Positions 12,806 to 22,956 of a stretch of DNA of 64,000 nucleotides are shown here, piece by piece. This DNA comes from Actinomycetes bacterium. Its GTDB lineage: Bacteria > Actinomycetota > Actinomycetes > Actinomycetales > Microbacteriaceae. A model generated the notes under the pieces. The model saw only the letters and a program-made list of their open reading frames with translations. It was not told the origin of the DNA and made no database searches. The stretch spans positions 359-64,358 of the forward strand of contig JAEXHA010000152.1 in NCBI GenBank assembly GCA_023450335.1, written 5' to 3'. Numbering within the stretch: the stretch's first letter is position 1; each line of letters opens with the position of its first letter. The position numbers and the translations under genes are program-made.

Positions 12806-13427
12806 CGCCGTCGCACCCGCCGGCGACGCCGCACCCGCCGAAGAGGACGCGCCGCAGCGCTCGCACGAGCCGGTCGAGGTCGCACGCCGCCTCGAAGCGA
12901 TTCTGCTCGTCGTCGACGAACCGCAGAGCCTCGTCGCCCTCGCGACTGCCGTCGGCGCCCCGGTACCGGCCGTGCGCCAGGCGGTCGAAGCGCTGGTCGC
13001 CGACTACGACGGTGAGACCGGAGGCCCGCGCCGCGGCTTCGAACTGCGCGAGGTCGGCGGCGGCTGGCGCCTCTACGTGCGGGAGGAGCATGACGACCTC
13101 GTGACCGAGTTCGTGAACGCGCAGGCACCGTCGCGCCTGTCGCAGGCGGCACTGGAGACCCTCGCCGTCATCGCCTACAAACAGCCGGTGAGCCGCAGCC
13201 AGGTCGCGTCGATCCGCGCCGTGAACGTCGACTCGGTCGTGCGCACCCTCGTGGCGCGCGGCCTGATCACCGAGGCGTTCACCGATCCTGAGACCGGCGC
13301 CATCAACTACAAGACCACGGACGCGCTGCTGACCCACCTGGGCATCAACTCGCTCGAAGAGCTGCCGCACATCTCGCCGCTGCTTGACGACGGCGCCGAC
13401 GGATTCGAAGGAGAGGCCCTGCCGTGA
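12795..13427 (+). CDS. scpB: SMC-Scp complex subunit ScpB
   Basis: LSQAALETLAVIAYKQPVSR, IRAVN. Confidence 0.95.
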   Translation: MTDDAVAPAGDAAPAEEDAPQRSHEPVEVARRLEAILLVVDEPQSLVALATAVGAPVPAVRQAVEALVADYDGETGGPRRGFELREVGGGWRLYVREEHDDLVTEFVNAQAPSRLSQAALETLAVIAYKQPVSRSQVASIRAVNVDSVVRTLVARGLITEAFTDPETGAINYKTTDALLTHLGINSLEELPHISPLLDDGADGFEGEALP

Positions 13428-14194
13428 CCGACACCGAAGGCGTCCGGCTGCAGAAGGTGCTGGCGAACGCCGGTGTCGCGTCGCGGCGCGTCTGCGAGCA
13501 GTACATCGTCGAGGGGCGCGTGCGCGTCAACGGCACGGTCGTGACCGAGCTCGGCTCGCGTGTCGACCCGGCATCCGACCTGATCGACGTCGACGGCACG
13601 GCGATCCAGCTCGACCCGGGCAAACGTTACGTCATGCTCAACAAGCCCACCGGCGTCGTCTCATCGATGAAGGACGAGCAGGGCCGCCCCGACCTGCGCC
13701 GCTTCACGAAGGACTGGGACGAGCGGCTCTACAACGTCGGCCGGCTCGACGCCGAGACGAGCGGCCTGCTCGTGCTCACCAACGACGGTGAACTCGCCCA
13801 CGTGCTCGCGCACCCGTCGTTCGGGGTCACGAAGGTCTACATCGCGAAGGTCGACGGCCGCGTCACCCCGCAGACGGTCGCGAAGCTCACCCGCGGGATC
13901 GACCTCGACGACGGGCCCATCGCCGCCGACAAGGCACGACTGCTCGACGGTTCGGGAGGCTCGGGTGGCTCGGGTGGCTCGGGTGGCTCGAGCCTGGTCG
14001 AACTCACCCTGCACTCGGGTCGCAACCGCATCGTGCGGCGCATGATGGCCGCGGTCGGGCACCCCGTGCGCGAACTCGTCCGCCGCCAGTTCGGGCCGCT
14101 GCACCTGGGCACGCTCCCGGCGGGGAAGACCCGCGAGTTGACCGCCGCCGAGCGCGGCGCGCTGCTGACGCTGTCGCGCACCGACTCCGCGTAG
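13424..14194 (+). CDS. rRNA pseudouridine synthase (RluB/RsuA family)
   Basis: S4 domain RLQKVLA, GRLDAETSGLLVLTNDG, GRNRIVRRM. Confidence 0.94.
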   Translation: MTDTEGVRLQKVLANAGVASRRVCEQYIVEGRVRVNGTVVTELGSRVDPASDLIDVDGTAIQLDPGKRYVMLNKPTGVVSSMKDEQGRPDLRRFTKDWDERLYNVGRLDAETSGLLVLTNDGELAHVLAHPSFGVTKVYIAKVDGRVTPQTVAKLTRGIDLDDGPIAADKARLLDGSGGSGGSGGSGGSSLVELTLHSGRNRIVRRMMAAVGHPVRELVRRQFGPLHLGTLPAGKTRELTAAERGALLTLSRTDSA

Positions 14195-14376
14195 CCGACC
14201 GGGTGCGCCCCCGGAGTGGGTGTGGATGCCGGTGAGGCGGCGACCGCGGTCTCGGAACACCCGGGGCGGGCATCGCCCAGGTGCGGCCACTAAACTGGTC
14301 GGCGGCGTGCCGCATTCGCGGGGCGTCCTGCGGATCCCGTCCCGGCGACCGCCCCGTCCCCGAGAGCGAGCCACCC

Positions 14377-15483
14377 GTGACCGAACCTTCCCGCGCCGCC
14401 CGCACCAGCGGTATGGTGCGTGTCGTCGGCGCCGGCCTGCTGGGGTCGAGCATCGGCCACGCTCTGGGCCAGCTCGGCGTGGACGTCGCGCTCGCCGATG
14501 CGTCGCCGTCGCAGCTGCGACTGGCCATCGACTACGGTGCCGGCCGCGCCGCCCGCGATGATGACCGGCCGGTGCTCATCGTCGTCGCCGTGCCGCCGGA
14601 CGTCATCGCCGACGTCGTCGAACGCGAGCTGGCCGCCTACCCCGACGCCGTGGTCACCGACGTCGCCTCGGTCAAGCTCGACCCGCTCCACGCCCTGCGC
14701 GCCCGCGGCGTCGACCTCACCCACTACATCGGCTCGCACCCCATGGCCGGACGTGAGCGCGGGGGAGCCATCGCCGCGCGCGCCGACCTGTTCGTCGGGC
14801 GGCCGTGGGTCGTGTGCCGTGACCACGAGACCCCGGCATCCGATCTCGCCCTGGTCGAAGGGCTCGCTCTCGACCTGGGTGCGATGCCGCTGGAGATGAC
14901 CCCCGAAGAGCACGACCGGTCGGTCGCCCTGGTCTCGCACGTGCCGCAGCTGGTCGCCTCGCTGCTGGCCGCCCGGCTCGTCGACGCCCCCGACGGGTCG
15001 CTGCGGCTCACCGGGCAGGGCCTGCGCGACACGACCCGCATCGCAGCATCCGCCCCCGAGATGTGGGTGCAGATCCTCGGCGCAAATGCCGAGCCGGTCG
15101 TGGACGTGCTCGACGCGCTGGCCGACGACCTGCGCGGCGTCTCATCCGCGTTGCGCGCGCCCGACAGCCCCGGTTCGCGGCGCCTGGTCGCCGACACGAT
15201 CCGCCGCGGCAACGACGGCGTCGAACGCCTGCCCGGCAAGCACGGTCAGAACCGGCGCTTCGAGAACATCGTGGTCATGATCGACGACACCCCCGGGCAG
15301 CTCGGGCGTCTCTTCAGCGAGCTCGGCGAGCTCGAGGTCAACGTCGAGGACCTGCGGCTCGAGCACTCGCCGGGCGCGCAGTTCGGCCTGGCCGAGATCA
15401 GCGTCGTTCCGAACATCGTCCGCCACGCCGTCGACGGTCTCGAGGCCCGCGGCTGGAAGATTGCGAGCACCACCGTTGACTGA
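14377..15483 (+). CDS. tyrA: Prephenate dehydrogenase with C-terminal ACT domain
   Basis: [41 protein letters not shown]. Confidence 0.9.
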   Translation: MTEPSRAARTSGMVRVVGAGLLGSSIGHALGQLGVDVALADASPSQLRLAIDYGAGRAARDDDRPVLIVVAVPPDVIADVVERELAAYPDAVVTDVASVKLDPLHALRARGVDLTHYIGSHPMAGRERGGAIAARADLFVGRPWVVCRDHETPASDLALVEGLALDLGAMPLEMTPEEHDRSVALVSHVPQLVASLLAARLVDAPDGSLRLTGQGLRDTTRIAASAPEMWVQILGANAEPVVDVLDALADDLRGVSSALRAPDSPGSRRLVADTIRRGNDGVERLPGKHGQNRRFENIVVMIDDTPGQLGRLFSELGELEVNVEDLRLEHSPGAQFGLAEISVVPNIVRHAVDGLEARGWKIASTTVD

Positions 15484-16168
15484 TTCCTTCGAACCCGTCG
15501 CCATCGCCATCGACGGCCCCGCCGGCAGCGGCAAGTCGAGCGTGTCGAAGCAGGCCGCGCGCGCCCTCGGCTACGGGTACCTCGACACCGGCGCCGCCTA
15601 CCGCGCCCTGGCCTGGCATGTGCTGCGCCGCGGCGCCGACACGGCCGACGCGCCGGCGGTCATTGCGGCGACCGACGACTTCGACTACGCCATCTCGCTC
15701 GACCCCGACACCTACTGGGTGCGAGTGGGCGACACCGACGTCACCGACGCGATCCGCGAACCGCGCGTCTCGGCCGCCGTCAGCGGCGTCGCCCGCGTGC
15801 CCGAGGTGCGCGAGGCCGTGAACGCGCTGTTCCGCAGCCTCGTGGCCGCCTCGCAGACGCCGGGGGTCATCGTCGAAGGCCGCGACATCACGACCGTCGT
15901 GCTGCCCGACGCCCCCGTGCGCATTCTGCTGACCGCCGCGCCCGAGGTGCGCGCCGCGCGCCGCAGTGCCGAACTGACGAGCGAGGATGCCGGGGCCGTG
16001 GCCGCCGCTCTGCACCAGCGCGACGCCTCCGACGCGAAGGTCGTCGACTTCCTCAACGCCGCACCCGGCGTGACCGTGGTGGATTCCACCGAACTCGATT
16101 TCGCCCAGACCGTGGACGCCGTCCTCGACGTCGTCCGGGCGGGGACAGGAGCGCACCGTGGCCGGTGA
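15476..16168 (+). CDS. cmk: Cytidylate kinase
   Basis: [23 protein letters not shown]; start codon approximate. Confidence 0.95.
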   Translation: MTDSFEPVAIAIDGPAGSGKSSVSKQAARALGYGYLDTGAAYRALAWHVLRRGADTADAPAVIAATDDFDYAISLDPDTYWVRVGDTDVTDAIREPRVSAAVSGVARVPEVREAVNALFRSLVAASQTPGVIVEGRDITTVVLPDAPVRILLTAAPEVRAARRSAELTSEDAGAVAAALHQRDASDAKVVDFLNAAPGVTVVDSTELDFAQTVDAVLDVVRAGTGAHRGR

Positions 16169-17681
16169 CGAAGAATACGAAGGCGGTCCCGACCGTCTTG
16201 AAGAGAAGCTCGCGGAGCTCGACGAGACCCTCGCCGAGCAGCGTGCGGCGGCGCTGCGCAGCTCGCTCGTCGACTACGAGCTCGACGACGACGACGCCGA
16301 GCTGCTGGCGGGTCTGACCGCCGGCGGCGAAGTCGTCGAGATGCTGCCGGCGCTGCCGGTGGTCGCCATCGTCGGCCGCCCCAACGTCGGCAAGTCCGCG
16401 CTCGTGAACCGCATCCTCGGGCGCCGCGAGGCCGTCGTCGAAGACACCCCCGGCGTCACGCGCGACCGGGTCACCTACAAGGCCGAGTGGATGGACCGGC
16501 CGTTCACCCTCGTCGACACCGGCGGCTGGGAGCCCGACGCCCGCGGAATCGACCGCTCCGTCGCGCTGCAGGCCGAGATCGCCATCGACCTGTGCGACGT
16601 CGTGCTGTTCGTCGTCGACGCCATGGTCGGTGCCACCTCGACCGACGAGCAGGTCGTGCGGTTGCTGCGCAAGAGTGGCAAGCCGGTGTTCCTCGTCGCC
16701 AACAAGATCGACGACGCGCGGCAGGAGCCCGAGGCCGCTGCGCTGTGGAACCTGGGGCTCGGCGAGCCGCACCCCGTCTCGGCGATCCACGGCCGTGGTG
16801 TGGCCGACCTGCTCGACGAGATCATGAAGGTGCTGCCGGCGGTCTCGGCTGTGGCCAAGCATGAGATCGGCGGCCCGCGCCGCGTCGCGATCCTCGGCCG
16901 TCCCAACGTCGGCAAGTCGTCGCTGCTCAACAAGGCCGCCGGCGAAGAGCGCGTCGTGGTCAACGACCTCGCCGGCACCACCCGCGACCCGGTCGACGAG
17001 ATCGTCGAACTCGGCGGCAAGCTGTGGCGCCTGGTCGACACCGCCGGCATCCGTCGCCGGGTGCATCTGCAGCAGGGTGCCGACTTCTACGCGTCGCTGC
17101 GCACCTCGGCCGCGCTCGAGAAGGCCGAAGTCGCCGTGGTCGTGCTCGATGTCACCGAGTCGATCAGCGTGCAGGACCTCAACATCATCGACCTCGTGCT
17201 CGAATCGGGCCGCGCGCTCGTGCTCGCCTTCAACAAGTGGGACCGGCTGAACGACGCCGACATGGACGGCGCCGACCGTCGTCGCTACCTCGAGCGTGAG
17301 ATCGAGCAGGACCTCGCGCACGTCACCTGGGCGCCGCGCGTCAACCTGTCGGCCCGCACCGGCCGCCACCTCGACAAGCTCGTGCCGGCCCTCGAGACAG
17401 CACTCGAATCGTGGGATCAGCGCATCTCGACCGGCAAGTTCAACGCCTTCCTGTCAGAGCTCGTCGCCGAGCACCCCCACCCGGTGCGCGGAGGCAAGCA
17501 GCCGCGCATCCTGTTCGGCACGCAGGCCTCGACGCGCCCGCCGACGTTCGTGCTGTTCACGACCGGGTTCCTCGACCCGGGCTACCGCCGGTTCATCCAG
17601 CGGCGCCTGCGCGAGCTGTTCGGTTTCGCCGGCACGCCCATCGTCACGAACATGCGGGTGCGCGAACGGCGCCAGCGGTAA
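16158..17681 (+). CDS. der: Ribosome biogenesis GTPase Der
   Basis: Two GRPNVGKS G-domains, DTGG/DTAG, NKID/NKWD. Confidence 0.97.
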   Translation: MAGDEEYEGGPDRLEEKLAELDETLAEQRAAALRSSLVDYELDDDDAELLAGLTAGGEVVEMLPALPVVAIVGRPNVGKSALVNRILGRREAVVEDTPGVTRDRVTYKAEWMDRPFTLVDTGGWEPDARGIDRSVALQAEIAIDLCDVVLFVVDAMVGATSTDEQVVRLLRKSGKPVFLVANKIDDARQEPEAAALWNLGLGEPHPVSAIHGRGVADLLDEIMKVLPAVSAVAKHEIGGPRRVAILGRPNVGKSSLLNKAAGEERVVVNDLAGTTRDPVDEIVELGGKLWRLVDTAGIRRRVHLQQGADFYASLRTSAALEKAEVAVVVLDVTESISVQDLNIIDLVLESGRALVLAFNKWDRLNDADMDGADRRRYLEREIEQDLAHVTWAPRVNLSARTGRHLDKLVPALETALESWDQRISTGKFNAFLSELVAEHPHPVRGGKQPRILFGTQASTRPPTFVLFTTGFLDPGYRRFIQRRLRELFGFAGTPIVTNMRVRERRQR

Positions 17682-17727
17682 CGCGCGGCGCCAGGCTGAG
17701 GTGGATGCCGGTGTCGCGGCGTCCTGC

Positions 17728-18141
17728 TCACCCCTGGCGTGAGGGGCGCACCATCGCCGTCGCGTCGGGCTCGGTGAACCCGTACTGGCGATACAGCTCG
17801 TGCGCGTCACCGGTGAACAGCACCCAGCGCATGTCGCGGCCCGGGCCCGCGTCGATCATGCGCTCGACGATGCGCTTTCCGAGGCCTGCGCCGCGGTGGT
17901 CGTCGAGAACGAACACGTCGGCGAGGTACGCGAAGCCGATGCCGTCTGAGACCGCGCGGGCGAAACCCACCTGGGCGCCGGTGCCGGCGAGGTAGGCGCC
18001 CACCACCCGCCAGGCGCCGGCGATCTGCCCATCGATGTCGGCGCGGGTGCGCCACCGACCCCAGTACGCCGCGGTCGACAGCCACTGCCACACCACATCG
18101 GATTGGATGCGTGTCGGGTCGTCGTCGATCTCGTAGTCCAC
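17728..18141 (-). CDS. GNAT family N-acetyltransferase
   Basis: VGFARAVSDG..AYLADVFVLDDHRGAGLGK; GTG start inferred. Confidence 0.88.
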   Translation of the reverse strand: MDYEIDDDPTRIQSDVVWQWLSTAAYWGRWRTRADIDGQIAGAWRVVGAYLAGTGAQVGFARAVSDGIGFAYLADVFVLDDHRGAGLGKRIVERMIDAGPGRDMRWVLFTGDAHELYRQYGFTEPDATAMVRPSRQG

Positions 18142-18208
18142 CGGGTCAGTCTGCCGCAGCGTGTCGGCGCGGCACGAGATCCACAGCGCGATGCGTGGCC
18201 TGCTCCGC

Positions 18209-18335
18209 GTGGTCCGATTCTCGCGGCCCGGGCGGTCCGACTGTCGTGGCCAGGGTGGTCCGACCGTCGTGGCCATGGTGGTCCGACTGTCGTGGCCAGG
18301 GTGGTCCGACTGTCGTGGCCCGGGTGGCCCGACCC
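18209..18335. repeat. Intergenic 23-bp tandem repeat x5.5 (GTGGTCCGACTGTCGTGGCCAGG)
   Basis: Units start at 18209, 18232, 18255, 18278, 18301, 18324 (partial); no spacers. Confidence 0.92.
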
Positions 18336-18432
18336 TCGCCGTGCGGGTGGTCGCGCACGGCGAGGGGGTCTGGGGTGTGGCGCCGGGTGCGGCGGGGGCG
18401 GCAGTCGGCGCCACGGGCCGATGACGGCGCTG

Positions 18433-19170
18433 TCAGCGGACGATCACACGCTCGAACCGATCGGTCGGCACGCCCTCGAAGTCGACGCGGCGCCCGGGGG
18501 CGGTGACCCGCGGCATGACGTCGCGGGTGCCGGTGTCGCGGAACCGCTGCAGCGCCCAGGTGCGCACTCCGGCATCCACCAGGCGCGTCGACAGCTCGGC
18601 GAGGCCGGCCTCGTCCACCGCGGCGGAATGCACGGTCGTGCGCACCTCGAGCCCCAGCGGCCGATCGGTGCCCTCGCGTCGTGCCTGCTCGGCGAGGACG
18701 AGCTCGAGGCTGCGCCAGGCACGGTCACTCGCCCCGGGCCGGCCGACCACCTCCTCGTAGCCGGTTGCGGTGGCCTTCATGTCGAACCCGATCCAATCCA
18801 CGAGTGGCAGGAGCGCCGGCAGCCGGGCCGGGTAGGCGCCGCCGGTGTGCAGGCCGATGCCGAAGCCGAGGCCTCGCGCCGCCCGCACGGCCGCCAGCAG
18901 GGTGTGCTGCATGGTCGGTTCGCCGCCCGAGAAGACGACGCCGTCGAGCAGGCCCACGCGCCGGGTCAGGTGCGCCCACACGTCGTGCCAGGGCAGCGCG
19001 CCGGCGGCTCGCGGGTCGATCAATGCGGGGTTGTGGCAGTAGAAGCAGTCCCACGGGCATCCCTGCAGGAACACCGTGGTCACCAGCTTGTCGGGCCAGT
19101 CGACGCTCGACATGCACGACATCCCCGCGACTTTCAGATCGATCGCCTCGCCGGCGCGCTGCGCGGTCAT
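18433..19170 (-). CDS. nrdG: Anaerobic RNR activating enzyme (radical SAM)
   Basis: GCPWDCFYCHN (CxxxCxxC), FSGGEPT; coupled to nrdD. Confidence 0.93.
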   Translation of the reverse strand: MTAQRAGEAIDLKVAGMSCMSSVDWPDKLVTTVFLQGCPWDCFYCHNPALIDPRAAGALPWHDVWAHLTRRVGLLDGVVFSGGEPTMQHTLLAAVRAARGLGFGIGLHTGGAYPARLPALLPLVDWIGFDMKATATGYEEVVGRPGASDRAWRSLELVLAEQARREGTDRPLGLEVRTTVHSAAVDEAGLAELSTRLVDAGVRTWALQRFRDTGTRDVMPRVTAPGRRVDFEGVPTDRFERVIVR

Positions 19171-20999
19171 GCCGGCTGCACCACGGCCTGGTCGAAGTAG
19201 AGGCGCTCGGCCGCTTCGCCTTTCTTGCCGATGTTGAACGACGAGATCGGGCGGAAGTAGCCCATCACACGGGTCCACACCTCGCACTCGGCGCCGCAGT
19301 CGGGGCACTGCTCGTGGTGGCCCGACACGTACCCGTGCTGCGGGCAGATCGAGAACGTCGGCGTGACCGTGATGTAGGGCAGGCGGAAGCCGGCGAGGCA
19401 CTTCTGCACGAGCGTCTTGCACGCCGCGGCCGAGACCATCGCCTCACCCATGTACAGGTGCAGCACGGTTCCGCCGGTGTACTTGCCCTGGAGCGCTTCC
19501 TGCAGCTCCATCGCCTCGAACGGGTCGTCGGTGTAGCCCACCGGCAGCTGCGACGAGTTGGTGTAGTACGGGTTCGCGTCGGTGCCGGCGTGCACGATGG
19601 CCTGCCCGAACCGCGCGATGTCGCTCTTCGCGAGCCGGTAGGTGGCGCCTTCGGCCGGGCTGGCCTCGAGGTTGTACATGTTGCCGGTCGCCTCTTGGAA
19701 CTCGACCATCTTGGCGCGCACGTGATCGAGCAGACGCCCGACCAGGTCGCGTCCCTCCGCCGAGGTGATGTCGTCGGCATCCCGGGTGAAGTTGCGCACG
19801 AACTCGTTGAGCCCGTTGACCCCGATCGTGGAGAAGTGGTTGTCGAGGTTGCCCAGGTACCGCTTCGTGTAGGGGAACAGGCCGCCGTCGATGTGGTGGT
19901 CGATGATGCGACGCTTGGCCTCGAGGGTGTCGCGGGCGATCTCGAGCAGCTCGTCGAGGCGTCGGTACACCGCCTCCTCGTCACCGGAGTGCACGAAGCC
20001 GAGGCGTGCGCAGTTGATCGTCACAACGCCCAGCGACCCGGTCTGCTCGGCCGAGCCGAACAGGCCGTTGCCGCGCTTGAGCAGCTCGGTCAGGTCGAGC
20101 TGGAGCCGGCAGCACATCGACCGGATCATGTGCGGGTCGAGGTCGGAGTTCACGAAGTTCTGGAAGTAAGGCAGGCCGTAGCGCGCCGTCATCGCGAACA
20201 GCTCATCGACCAGCGGGCCGTCCCAGTCGAAGTCCTTCGTGATGTTGTAGGTGGGGATGGGGAAGGTGAACGCCCGGCCGTCGGCGTCACCGGTGCTCAT
20301 CACCGCGATGAACGCCCGGTTGATGATCGCCATCTCGTCGGTGAGGTCGGCGTAGGTGAAGTCGCAGACCTGCCCGCCGATGAGGGGATGCTGATCGGCG
20401 AGGTCATCGGGGACGGTCCAGTCGAAGGTGAGGTTCGTGAACGGGGTCTGCGTGCCCCAGCGTGAGGGCACGTTGAGGTTGAAGACGAACTCCTGGATGG
20501 CCTGCTCCACCTCGTCGTAGGTGAGGGCGTCGAGCCGCACGAACGGCGCGAGGTAGGTGTCGAACGAGCTGAACGCCTGGGCGCCGGCCCATTCGTTCTG
20601 CAGCGTGCCGAGGAAGTTGACCATTTGACCCAGGGCGCTGGTGAGGTGCTTCGGGGGAGCGGAGGCGATCTTGCCGGGCGCTCCGTTGAAGCCCTGTTCG
20701 AGCAGCATGCGCAGCGACCAGCCGGCGCAGTATCCGGCGAACATGTCGAGGTCGTGGATGTGCAGGTCGCCGTCGCGGTGCGCGATGCCGGCCTCGGGCG
20801 CGTAGACCTCGTCGAGCCAGTAGTTGGCGATGAGCTTGCCGGCGGAATTGAGGATCAGGCCCCCCAGCGAGTAGCCCTGGTTGGCGTTGGCGTTGACGCG
20901 CCAGTCGCCGCGCGTCAGGTATTCGTCGATGGTCTGCCCGACCGCGACGGTGCGGGGTTCGGTGCGGGCGAGCCCGGGTTCGATTTCGGGGGTGCGCAT
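19167..20999 (-). CDS. nrdD: Anaerobic (class III) ribonucleoside-triphosphate reductase
   Basis: SMCCRL, ASPAEG, YYTNS, CPQH..CPDC Zn site, RVMGY glycyl radical motif. Confidence 0.96.
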   Translation of the reverse strand: MRTPEIEPGLARTEPRTVAVGQTIDEYLTRGDWRVNANANQGYSLGGLILNSAGKLIANYWLDEVYAPEAGIAHRDGDLHIHDLDMFAGYCAGWSLRMLLEQGFNGAPGKIASAPPKHLTSALGQMVNFLGTLQNEWAGAQAFSSFDTYLAPFVRLDALTYDEVEQAIQEFVFNLNVPSRWGTQTPFTNLTFDWTVPDDLADQHPLIGGQVCDFTYADLTDEMAIINRAFIAVMSTGDADGRAFTFPIPTYNITKDFDWDGPLVDELFAMTARYGLPYFQNFVNSDLDPHMIRSMCCRLQLDLTELLKRGNGLFGSAEQTGSLGVVTINCARLGFVHSGDEEAVYRRLDELLEIARDTLEAKRRIIDHHIDGGLFPYTKRYLGNLDNHFSTIGVNGLNEFVRNFTRDADDITSAEGRDLVGRLLDHVRAKMVEFQEATGNMYNLEASPAEGATYRLAKSDIARFGQAIVHAGTDANPYYTNSSQLPVGYTDDPFEAMELQEALQGKYTGGTVLHLYMGEAMVSAAACKTLVQKCLAGFRLPYITVTPTFSICPQHGYVSGHHEQCPDCGAECEVWTRVMGYFRPISSFNIGKKGEAAERLYFDQAVVQPA

Positions 21000-21055
21000 G
21001 CGGTTCTCCTAGGGATTCGAGTTGACTGCGACCTTCCGACCACCGGTACGCGCAA

Positions 21056-21102
21056 CCACTATATGTAGTGGTTTTTGTCGCACGGAAACCTATATGTGGG
21101 GT
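21056..21102 (-). promoter_or_regulatory. Tandem NrdR boxes
   Basis: CCACTATATGTAGTGG (21056-21071) and AACCTATATGTGGGGT (21087-21102), 31-bp period, upstream of nrdD. Confidence 0.88.
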
Positions 21103-21228
21103 GCGTCCACGTGGAAAATCGTGCGCGCGCTCGCGCTTTGTGAGGGTGCACAGCCTCGCGTGTCGTGCGGTGACATTTCGTCGGGCGGGTGTAGACCCGC
21201 GCCGAGTGCCGTATGAGAGTCTGGTCGG

Positions 21229-22125
21229 GTGACGATCGTTCCCCCCGCCCCCGGTGAGCCGCGGCGTCCCCATGGTCCGCGTGATCCGGGTGACGCGTGG
21301 GTGGTCGCCGATGACGGGACGAAGTACTGGGGGCGCTTCGGCGCGTCGGGCCTGCTGGCGGTCGATGCTGACCGCGGCGTCCTGCTGCAGCATCGGGTGT
21401 CGTGGAGTCATTTCGGTGACACATGGGCGCTGCCCGGCGGCGCGCGGCATGACGGGGAGTCGGCGTGCGACGGCGCGCTGCGCGAGTCGGCCGAGGAGGC
21501 CGGTGTGCCGCGCGAGGCGGTGGCGCCGCGGTTCATCAGTGTGCTCGACCTCGGCATCTGGAGCTACGCCACGGTCGTGGCCGACGTCACCACGCCGTTC
21601 GAGCCGGTGATCAGCGACCCCGAGAGTCGCGAGCTGGCGTGGGTGCCCGTCGAGGCGGTCGAGTCGTATCCGCTGCATCCCGGGTTCGCCGCGGCCTGGC
21701 CGGCGTTGCGGGCACTGCTGCCGGTGCGCCCCGTGGTCGTGGTCGATGCCGCGAACGTGGTCGGGTCGGTGCCCGACGGCTGGTGGCGCGACCGCGCCGG
21801 CGCGACAGGGCGGCTGATCGAGAGCATCGCCGCGCTCGCCGGGCGCGGAATGGATGCCGGTGCCCTCGCTCTTGCCGCCGATACCTGGTTTCCCGAGTTC
21901 CACGTCGTGGTCGAGGGTGCGGCGCGCGAAGCGGCGGCCGTGGCCGGGGTGCGCGTCGTGCGTGCTGCCGGGCACGGGGATGACGCGATCGTGGCCGAGG
22001 CGGAACACGCGATCGCCCGGGGCGGTGTGGTCACGGTGGTCACGAGCGATCGCGGGCTGGCCGATCGTGTGACAGCGGCCGGTGCTCAACCCCGATCGGT
22101 CTCGTGGCTGCGCGACCGGCTGTGA
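21229..22125 (+). CDS. NUDIX hydrolase fused to NYN/PIN-like domain
   Basis: WALPGG..ALRESAEEAGV; C-terminal VVVDAANVVG, GDDAIV, VVTSDRGL. Confidence 0.8.
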   Translation: MTIVPPAPGEPRRPHGPRDPGDAWVVADDGTKYWGRFGASGLLAVDADRGVLLQHRVSWSHFGDTWALPGGARHDGESACDGALRESAEEAGVPREAVAPRFISVLDLGIWSYATVVADVTTPFEPVISDPESRELAWVPVEAVESYPLHPGFAAAWPALRALLPVRPVVVVDAANVVGSVPDGWWRDRAGATGRLIESIAALAGRGMDAGALALAADTWFPEFHVVVEGAAREAAAVAGVRVVRAAGHGDDAIVAEAEHAIARGGVVTVVTSDRGLADRVTAAGAQPRSVSWLRDRL

Positions 22126-22520
22126 CCGAGAGGCGCGTGTTCGCGGCGCGCGGCATTGCGCTGGTCGTGATCGCGGGGCTCGTGGTTGCGCTCGGATTGC
22201 CCGACACCCCCGTCACCGACGTCACCGGCGATGCGCTGTACGTGGCCGCCGTGTATCTGCTCGTGGTCCTCGTGGCCGCGCACCGGCATCCACTTGTCGT
22301 AGGTGTCGTCACAGCAGCCTGGTGTGTGGCCGTCGAGCTGTTCCAGCTGACGGGGCTTCCCGAGGTCTGGGGTACGGCGTTCTGGCCGATCATGCTGGTG
22401 TTCGGCACCGTGTTCGACGCGCGTGACCTGCTGGTCTACACCGTCACGGCCGGGGTGCTCGTGGCCGGCGATGTCGTGCTGTCGGGCCTGTCGGGCGCCT
22501 CCCGCGAAGACGCGCCATGA
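22122..22520 (+). CDS. DUF2809-like membrane protein
   Basis: GDALY, VELFQLTG, GTVFD..DLLVY pattern. Confidence 0.7.
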   Translation: MTERRVFAARGIALVVIAGLVVALGLPDTPVTDVTGDALYVAAVYLLVVLVAAHRHPLVVGVVTAAWCVAVELFQLTGLPEVWGTAFWPIMLVFGTVFDARDLLVYTVTAGVLVAGDVVLSGLSGASREDAP

Positions 22521-22599
22521 CGGCATGCGTGCTCGTCTGCGGCTCCTGCTGCGCGTTCTTCTGAACGATCCACGGCATGCTGCGGCGCAGCGTCGTACC

Positions 22600-22956
22600 T
22601 CAGTCGCGGCCGCGGAGGCGGTCGATGTCGCGGCGCTCACGCTTGGTGGGGCGGCCGGCGCCCCGGTCGCGCACGGCGACCATAGCGACCGGTTCGCGCG
22701 GCGGCGTGCGGTCTTCGGCGGCGTCGGCGGCGATGGGTGCGCCCACGCGCTTGATCAGGAGTTTGCGGACGACGAGGATGCGGTCGAAGCCCGAGATGCG
22801 CACGCGCAGCTCATCGCCGACCCGCACGTGCTGGGCGGCCTTGGCACGCTCGCCGTTGATGCGCACGTGCCCCGCGCGGCAGGCCGTGGTGGCCGCGGAA
22901 CGGGTCTTGTAGACCCGCACCGCCCACAGCCAGGCGTCGACGCGTGCGCTGTCCAT
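22600..22956 (-). CDS. RNA-binding S4 domain protein (Hsp15-like)
   Basis: RVDAWLWAVRVYKTRS, GRPTKRERR. Confidence 0.92.
   Translation of the reverse strand: MDSARVDAWLWAVRVYKTRSAATTACRAGHVRINGERAKAAQHVRVGDELRVRISGFDRILVVRKLLIKRVGAPIAADAAEDRTPPREPVAMVAVRDRGAGRPTKRERRDIDRLRGRD

Noticed and set aside
18209..18335. Possible CRISPR array
   Set aside because: Repeats are contiguous with no unique spacers, and there are no cas genes in the window
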